From Elainellaceae cyanobacterium (GTDB lineage: Bacteria > Cyanobacteriota > Cyanobacteriia > CAZCXK01), in NCBI GenBank assembly GCA_051117555.1, contig JBNPEG010000134.1:1-23945 (forward strand): a stretch of 23,945 nucleotides of DNA. Reading direction: 5' to 3'. The translations under genes and the position numbers were made by a program. The notes under the pieces are model-generated. The model saw nothing but the letters and a program-made list of their open reading frames with translations, was not told the DNA's origin and made no database searches. Shown here in pieces: positions 19,149 through 23,945 of this stretch (positions are counted from its first letter, which is position 1; each line of letters begins with the position of its first letter).

Positions 19149-21818
19149 ATGCAACCAACTGACCCTAGCAAGTTTACTGACAAAGCTTGGGAGGCTATTG
19201 TCAGCTCCCAAGATGTGGCTCGTCGCTTCAGACATCAGCAGCTAGAGGTCGAGCATTTGGCGATCGCTCTATTAGAGCAAGAGGGGCTTGCCAACACCAT
19301 TTTAGACAAGGCAGGTGTTTCCCAATCTCGACTCAAGCAACAGCTAGAAACGTTTGCTCAACGTCAGCCCAAAGTTTCAGACAGCGATCAGCTTTATCTG
19401 GGGCGGGGTCTAGATATCATGCTCGATCGGGCGGAAACGGCTCGGCAGTCGTGGCAAGACAGCTATATCTCAATCGAACATTTGCTCATAGCATTTGCAG
19501 ATGATGAGCGGGCAGGGCGTCGCATTTGCCGCGTTGTCGATTTGGATAAGGCTCAGCTTGAGCTTGCTATTAAGGCAGTTCGCGGGAGCCAAAAAGTGAC
19601 GGATCAAAGCCCTGAATCGCGCTATGACGCGTTAGACAAATATGGTCGCGATCTCACCGAGCAAGCCAGGGTTGGCAAGTTAGACCCCGTCATTGGGCGA
19701 GATGAAGAGATTCGTCGGGTGATTCAAGTGCTGTCGCGGCGCACCAAAAATAATCCGGTATTAATTGGTGAACCTGGAGTTGGCAAAACGGCGATCGCTG
19801 AAGGATTAGCTCAACGAATTATCAACGGCGATGTTCCCGAATCTTTGAAAAATCGTCGCCTTATTTCTCTCGATATGGGGTCTTTGATTGCGGGCGCAAA
19901 ATATCGGGGTGAATTTGAAGATCGCCTCCGGTCGGTCTTAAAAGAAGTGACCGAATCAGAGGGGCAAATTGTCCTATTCATCGACGAACTGCATACGGTC
20001 GTCGGGGCGGGGGCGGGTCAAGGCAATATGGATGCAAGTAACTTGCTCAAACCCATGCTTGCCCGTGGAGAGCTTCGCTGTATCGGGGCAACAACGTTAG
20101 ACGAATACCGAAAACATATCGAAAAAGATGCCGCGTTAGAACGTCGATTTCAACAAGTCTATGTGGGGCAGCCCAGCGTCGACGATACGATTTCGATTTT
20201 GCGCGGGCTCAAAGATCGCTATCAAACGCATCACAACGTCACCATCACAGACAGCGCGCTCGTAGCAGCCGCAACCCTATCTGATCGCTATATCAGTGAT
20301 CGCTTTTTGCCAGACAAAGCCATTGACCTGGTTGATGAGGCGGCTGCCAAGCTCAAGATGGAGAACACTTCAAAGCCAGAAGAGCTTGAAACCGTCGAAC
20401 GTCGCTTGATGCAGCTTGAAATGGAAAAGCGATCGCTCGAAGCTGAAGGATACAGCGCCGGTTTGACAACTACCTATCACTCATCGCAAGAAAATCTTGA
20501 GCGCATCGAAAAAGAAGTCGTGCAGCTCAGAACAGAGCGCGATCGCCTCAACTCGCAATGGGAATCTGAAAAGCAGATGCGAGATACGATCAAAGAGTTG
20601 CGGGAAGAAGAAGAAAAACTTCAGCGACTCATTGAAAAAGCCGAGCGAGACTATGACCTGAATACGGCTGCTCAGCTTAAGTATGGTCGCCTCGAAGCCG
20701 TTCATCGAGAATTGGAAGCCAAGGAAGCTAATTTGGTGGATGTGCAATCAAGGGGAGCAGCCCTGCTACGCCAGCAGGTGACTGAAGCCGACATTGCCGA
20801 AATCGTTGCTAAATGGACAGGCATCCCAGTCAATCGCTTGCTAGAGTCTGAACGACAAAAACTCTTGCAGCTAGAAAGCTATCTACATCAGCGCGTCATT
20901 GGTCAAGAAGAACCTGTCGAGGCGGTTGCAGCAGCGATTCGTCGTGCGCGAGCAGGTATGAAAGACCCCGGTCGCCCGATTGGCTCATTTTTGTTCATGG
21001 GGCCTACGGGGGTTGGCAAAACCGAGCTTGCCCGAACCCTTGCCGAATGCCTGTTTGACACCGACGAAGCCCTCGTGCGAATCGACATGTCTGAATACAT
21101 GGAGAAGCATTCGGTTTCGCGGCTCGTGGGTGCTCCCCCCGGCTATGTTGGCTATGAAGAGGGCGGGCAGCTCTCTGAAACGATTCGTCGTCGTCCCTAT
21201 TCAGTGCTTCTATTAGATGAAGTTGAAAAGGCACATCCCGACGTCTTTAACATTCTGCTGCAAGTTCTTGATGATGGACGGGTGACTGATTCTCAAGGAC
21301 GCGTGGTCGATTTTCGCAACACCATCGTGGTGATGACCAGCAACATCGGCAGCGATCATATTTTAGATGTGTCAGGCGATGATTCTAAGTATGAAGAGAT
21401 GCGATCGCGCGTACTCAATGCCTTGCGATCGCACTTCCGCCCAGAATTTCTCAACCGAGTCGATGACATTATCCTGTTCCACCCGCTCAGCCTCAACGAA
21501 CTCCGTCAGATTGTCGGCATTCAGCTCCAGCGCATTCATCGCCTGCTGAGTGAGCAGAAGCTGTTTATGGAGGTTACTCAGCCTGCCAAGAATCGCATCG
21601 CCGAAGTCGGGTATGACCCCGTCTATGGCGCACGTCCGCTCAAGCGAGCCATTCAGCGCGAACTAGAAAACCCGCTCGCAACGAAAATTTTAGAAAACGC
21701 GTTTGCTGAAGGCGACACAATTCTAGTTGATGTCCAGGACGGGAAGATGTCATTTAAAAAGAAGCAGCCGCTCGTTAACTCGGAGCCTGTTACCGTGTCG
21801 TTAGGAACAGACGCTTAA
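19149..21818 (+). CDS. clpB: ATP-dependent chaperone ClpB (probably the cyanobacterial ClpB2-type paralog)
   Basis: Two AAA+ modules ([16 protein letters not shown]), coiled-coil middle domain, and cyanobacterial [11 protein letters not shown]-terminus. Confidence 0.96.
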   Translation: MQPTDPSKFTDKAWEAIVSSQDVARRFRHQQLEVEHLAIALLEQEGLANTILDKAGVSQSRLKQQLETFAQRQPKVSDSDQLYLGRGLDIMLDRAETARQSWQDSYISIEHLLIAFADDERAGRRICRVVDLDKAQLELAIKAVRGSQKVTDQSPESRYDALDKYGRDLTEQARVGKLDPVIGRDEEIRRVIQVLSRRTKNNPVLIGEPGVGKTAIAEGLAQRIINGDVPESLKNRRLISLDMGSLIAGAKYRGEFEDRLRSVLKEVTESEGQIVLFIDELHTVVGAGAGQGNMDASNLLKPMLARGELRCIGATTLDEYRKHIEKDAALERRFQQVYVGQPSVDDTISILRGLKDRYQTHHNVTITDSALVAAATLSDRYISDRFLPDKAIDLVDEAAAKLKMENTSKPEELETVERRLMQLEMEKRSLEAEGYSAGLTTTYHSSQENLERIEKEVVQLRTERDRLNSQWESEKQMRDTIKELREEEEKLQRLIEKAERDYDLNTAAQLKYGRLEAVHRELEAKEANLVDVQSRGAALLRQQVTEADIAEIVAKWTGIPVNRLLESERQKLLQLESYLHQRVIGQEEPVEAVAAAIRRARAGMKDPGRPIGSFLFMGPTGVGKTELARTLAECLFDTDEALVRIDMSEYMEKHSVSRLVGAPPGYVGYEEGGQLSETIRRRPYSVLLLDEVEKAHPDVFNILLQVLDDGRVTDSQGRVVDFRNTIVVMTSNIGSDHILDVSGDDSKYEEMRSRVLNALRSHFRPEFLNRVDDIILFHPLSLNELRQIVGIQLQRIHRLLSEQKLFMEVTQPAKNRIAEVGYDPVYGARPLKRAIQRELENPLATKILENAFAEGDTILVDVQDGKMSFKKKQPLVNSEPVTVSLGTDA

Positions 21819-21943
21819 TGAGTGTTGAATGACGTCGGGCGATTGACACCATTGACACCGACACCCCAAAAGACGGCATCACTGTCTAGTGCATTGGGCG
21901 AGGAAATCTCGCCCCTACGGAATTTCGGACATCGCACTATGTC

Positions 21944-22297
21944 TCATACGACGCTCTCTTTGCGGGCAGGGCGCTTGCGCTCACTCTTACGGGTGCCGCC
22001 TGCCATTTCATATTCATTGCTGTCTTTGCCATATCGGGTCGCAACGCCAAGCAACATGCGCTCAGAGAGTGTATTCACCTGGATTTCGAGGGTTTTGACG
22101 AGGTTGGCAGCACGATCAGCCGAGGAAAGAATCGTGTTGTAAGCATTGATTTGATTGCGGAGGTCTTCGATTTGCTGTTTGTATGTCCCGAGAGTGAGTC
22201 CTTCACCGAGATTAAGCTGCTCGTCGATTGACTGGAGGCTGGCATAGCGTTGTTCAGCCCGCTCTAGAGTCCGGGAACTGCGTTTTGTTCGTGGCAT
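21944..22297 (-). CDS. Hypothetical 117-aa alpha-helical protein with basic termini
   Basis: ATG with AGGAG SD (22307-22311), coiled-coil-like core and C-terminal YGKDSNEYEMAGGTRKSERKR motif. I recall this motif from a cyanobacterial family of unknown function (not verified). Confidence 0.8.
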   Translation of the reverse strand: MPRTKRSSRTLERAEQRYASLQSIDEQLNLGEGLTLGTYKQQIEDLRNQINAYNTILSSADRAANLVKTLEIQVNTLSERMLLGVATRYGKDSNEYEMAGGTRKSERKRPARKESVV

Positions 22298-22517
22298 GGA
22301 AGTATGCTCCTGAAAGATCTATTCAAATCAAAGATGGCATCTTGCAACGGCGGTGGCTCTAGAGCTTTTACGGAATTTTAATTCCCCCATCAGTGCGGCT
22401 TAAATCCGCAGCTTTGCGGAGGCTTTAGAGAGATGATTGGCATAAAAGAAGACGTGCATGATTCGATCAGACGCGCATGAACTTAATTCACGTTCGTGAT
22501 TTATTGATTCTGATGGG

Positions 22518-22706
22518 CGTGTTTCAAAAACAACTTATCGTGAATCAAATTCAACCCAAGCGTTACTTATAAATCACGGACATGAATCAAAAACAGCTTA
22601 TACTGAATCGAGTTTGACCCAAGCATTACTTATCAATCACGCACTTGAATTAAGTAACGCGCTAGCTGAATCGAATTTGACTGAAGCGTTATCGATTCAA
22701 ACTGTG
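22518..22706 (+). repeat. Degenerate tandem array: 3 x 63 nt built from 9 x 21-nt subunits
   Basis: Units start at 22518, 22581 and 22644; units 1 and 2 share 50/63 nt; TGAAT recurs at 22541, 22583, 22604, 22646 and 22667. Confidence 0.85.
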
Positions 22707-22720
22707 TAATCGAGAAATGG

Positions 22721-22764
22721 GCGATCGCCCCTCCCGCTGAGATTCTCAGGGAACGGGCGATCGC
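22721..22764. terminator. HIP1-capped hairpin, possible bidirectional terminator
   Basis: GCGATCGCCC (22721-30) pairs with GGGCGATCGC (22755-64), with an inner CTGAGA-t-TCTCAG stem. Lies between the converging repeat frame and the 78-aa gene. Confidence 0.5.
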
Positions 22765-22794
22765 ACCTTTAACATTCGGCGTCACCGCCTTGGA

Positions 22795-23031
22795 TTAATC
22801 GCTTAAGCCCATGATGCGTTTTGTGAGAATTTGCATCACCTCGTTGGGATTCACGGTGGGAATGGGTTTTGACCATTCATAGGGCTGAGCGTAGCCGAGT
22901 TGATACATTTGCATGATGTGATGGTTTACTGCTTTGAGCGAACCGACGGCAATCACGCGCAGTACTTCTCGGTCGTCGTTGTTGCATGAGGATGGGTCAA
23001 ACCGCTCAGGCGGTTCGTTGGGATTTACCAT
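22795..23031 (-). CDS. Hypothetical 78-aa protein (candidate regulated effector/toxin)
   Basis: ATG preceded by AGGAG with 9-nt spacing. Motif GS...V...I..(M/L)...GYA...EWS.P.P...EVM.IL, recalled as an uncharacterised cyanobacterial family (not verified). Elaborate structured leader. Confidence 0.75.
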   Translation of the reverse strand: MVNPNEPPERFDPSSCNNDDREVLRVIAVGSLKAVNHHIMQMYQLGYAQPYEWSKPIPTVNPNEVMQILTKRIMGLSD

Positions 23032-23114
23032 GATGAAACACTCCTGTGTTTGAGAGGTATAGGAGCGCTCAAACGAGAAGCCACCCCGCTATAAGGCATC
23101 GCGAATTGGGATGG

Positions 23115-23141
23115 CTACAGGAGTGTGGTAAAACAATCCAT
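23115..23141 (-). CDS. Putative 8-aa leader peptide (MDCFTTLL*)
   Basis: GGAGG-ct-ATG GAT TGT TTT ACC ACA CTC CTG TAG; its last codons contain the anti-SD of the downstream 78-aa gene. Confidence 0.45.
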   Translation of the reverse strand: MDCFTTLL

Positions 23142-23213
23142 AGCCTCCGATTCTGCTTCTTCAGAGTTCGGGGGTTAGTCTCCCGGCACGTGTTGTGACC
23201 ACTGCTGGGGGAC
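23140..23213 (+). ncRNA. Predicted ~75-nt cis-antisense RNA (SymR-like architecture)
   Basis: Promoter-like TTGGGA-N17-TAAAAC with TGn (23106-23134). Two adjacent hairpins (23141-23177, 23178-23213) contain five G.U pairs that form only on the + strand. Confidence 0.6.
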
Positions 23214-23242
23214 GCTGCTCATGTTTGAGCGCTTGATAGCCG

Positions 23243-23271
23243 AGAATACCGCACGTTGCTAGTAAAAACAA
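23243..23271 (-). promoter_or_regulatory. Putative promoter of the leader + 78-aa gene transcript
   Basis: Minus strand TTGTTT-N17-TATTCT, placing +1 near 23236, just before the long-range stem arm 23223-23233. Confidence 0.55.
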
Positions 23272-23304
23272 CCGTATTAATGAATTTCTCTGTGGGGGGG
23301 CAAC

Positions 23305-23557
23305 CTAAATTTCGGGATGCCGTAACGGTTTGCGGGAATGGGCATGAATCCAGACACATAGGGGCGTAGGGCGTAGGGGCGTACGGGCGTAGGGGCAGGT
23401 TTTGACAGTATCGTCCTGCTGTGCAATTAACGTATTGCCTAAACCTGCCCCTACGCGACCCGTCCGTACGAATCCCGATCGTACAAACCCATCATCCAAC
23501 ATCAAAATCCTGCGAACATGATTTGGAAATACCACGGCATTTGGGGGGGTAATGATT
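23305..23557 (-). pseudogene. Internal remnant of a REP-associated tyrosine transposase (RAYT/TnpA-REP, Y1 HUH)
   Basis: Minus strand encodes NHYP, then after a frameshift AVVFPNHVRRILMLDD (cf. FVVMPNHxHGI), then a REP-doublet insert (VGAGL...TCPY) and frameshifted NRYGIP/EI. Both ends are missing. Confidence 0.65.
23387..23456. repeat. GTAG-type REP doublet (REPIN-like)
   Basis: 16-bp perfect IR GCGTAGGGGCAGGTTT / AAACCTGCCCCTACGC with a 38-nt spacer, preceded by stuttered GGGCGTA copies from 23362. Confidence 0.8.
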
Positions 23558-23573
23558 GACCCGACACGTTGAA

Positions 23574-23639
23574 GGGGCGAAGCATTTCGTTGGCACGTTC
23601 CGGTGGTGCGTTCAACATATCGACGAAATGCTTCGCCCC
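23574..23639. repeat. Second REP-like doublet
   Basis: 17-bp perfect IR GGGGCGAAGCATTTCGT / ACGAAATGCTTCGCCCC with a 32-nt spacer; ends degenerate (GAAG...CAAC). Confidence 0.75.
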
Positions 23640-23785
23640 AACGGGGTTCATCATGGGCAAGCTAGCAGGACTGAAGATTAAGAAGAAATCTCAGAAGACC
23701 AGCTCTGGACAAATGAATCTGTGGGAGCAGTGCGATCGCAGGTATGGAAAAGCAGAACGTGAAAAATCACCCGTTGTCCTCACGA

Positions 23786-23823
23786 GCTTGCTTGATTTGG
23801 GCGATCGCCCAAATCAAGCAAGC
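23786..23823. repeat. 38-bp perfect palindrome centred on HIP1
   Basis: GCTTGCTTGATTTGGGCGA|TCGCCCAAATCAAGCAAGC with no spacer. Confidence 0.95.
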
Positions 23824-23945
23824 ATATTCAGTCGTATACAAAGGCGTACGTCGAGCGCTAGTACGTTGATTTCCTTACAGTATCTTTTATTTGATTGAGC
23901 AAGATGTAGTCATTGTCCTGGCATGTTTCCACGCAAAGCGCAATC

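Larger units (their letters stand above)
761..23808. repeat. HIP1 octamer GCGATCGC dispersed throughout (about 30 copies by eye)
   Basis: Examples at 761, 2332, 2383, 2685, 22721, 22757 and 23801; a hallmark of many cyanobacterial genomes. Confidence 0.9.

Noticed and set aside
21822..22142. 106-aa and 69-aa + strand ORFs after clpB
   Set aside because: Antisense shadows of the 117-aa gene, which has the SD and a protein-like sequence.
22653..22665. 13-nt match AGTAACGCGCTAG to the MITE left junction (10588-10600)
   Set aside because: A few 13-mer matches are expected by chance in a 24-kb self-comparison.
22518..22706. Possible CRISPR array
   Set aside because: Units are degenerate along their whole length, with no constant repeat and unique spacer structure, and there are no cas genes in the window.
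23243..23280. LexA box in the promoter of the 78-aa gene (by analogy to symE)
   Set aside because: No adequate match to the cyanobacterial RGTAC-N4-GTWC consensus.
23305..23535. 76-aa ORF as a functional gene
   Set aside because: Better explained as a broken RAYT fragment plus REP sequence.
23569..23898. 109-aa + strand ORF
   Set aside because: It runs through a REP doublet and the 38-bp palindrome, and has a TTG start without SD and no recognisable motif; likely spurious.

Overview
Window from a beta-cyanobacterial chromosome, with many HIP1 octamers (GCGATCGC). The first ~21.8 kb is housekeeping. It carries the alkane pathway genes ado-aar plus an Sfp-type phosphopantetheinyl transferase, and a yybP-ykoY (Mn2+) riboswitch in front of a TMEM165/GDT1 transporter. 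Next come a sugar ABC solute-binding lipoprotein, the ndhF4-ndhD4-cupB CO2-uptake operon divergent from ccmK2-K1-L-M-N-O, a Ser/Thr kinase with TPRs, and clpB. Two inverted copies of a ~110-bp MITE-like element bracket the ccm operon plus kinase. The last ~2.1 kb is accessory and the most interesting part. (i) A 78-aa unknown gene has a leader with an 8-codon uORF, a perfect anti-Shine-Dalgarno, a competing long-range stem and a predicted ~75-nt cis-antisense RNA. This resembles a type I toxin-antitoxin/leader-peptide switch. (ii) A 117-aa unknown helical gene lies back-to-back with a degenerate 21/63-nt periodic array. (iii) There is a decayed RAYT transposase fragment with REP doublets, and a 38-bp perfect HIP1-centred palindrome. 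All calls were made by eye, without database searches.
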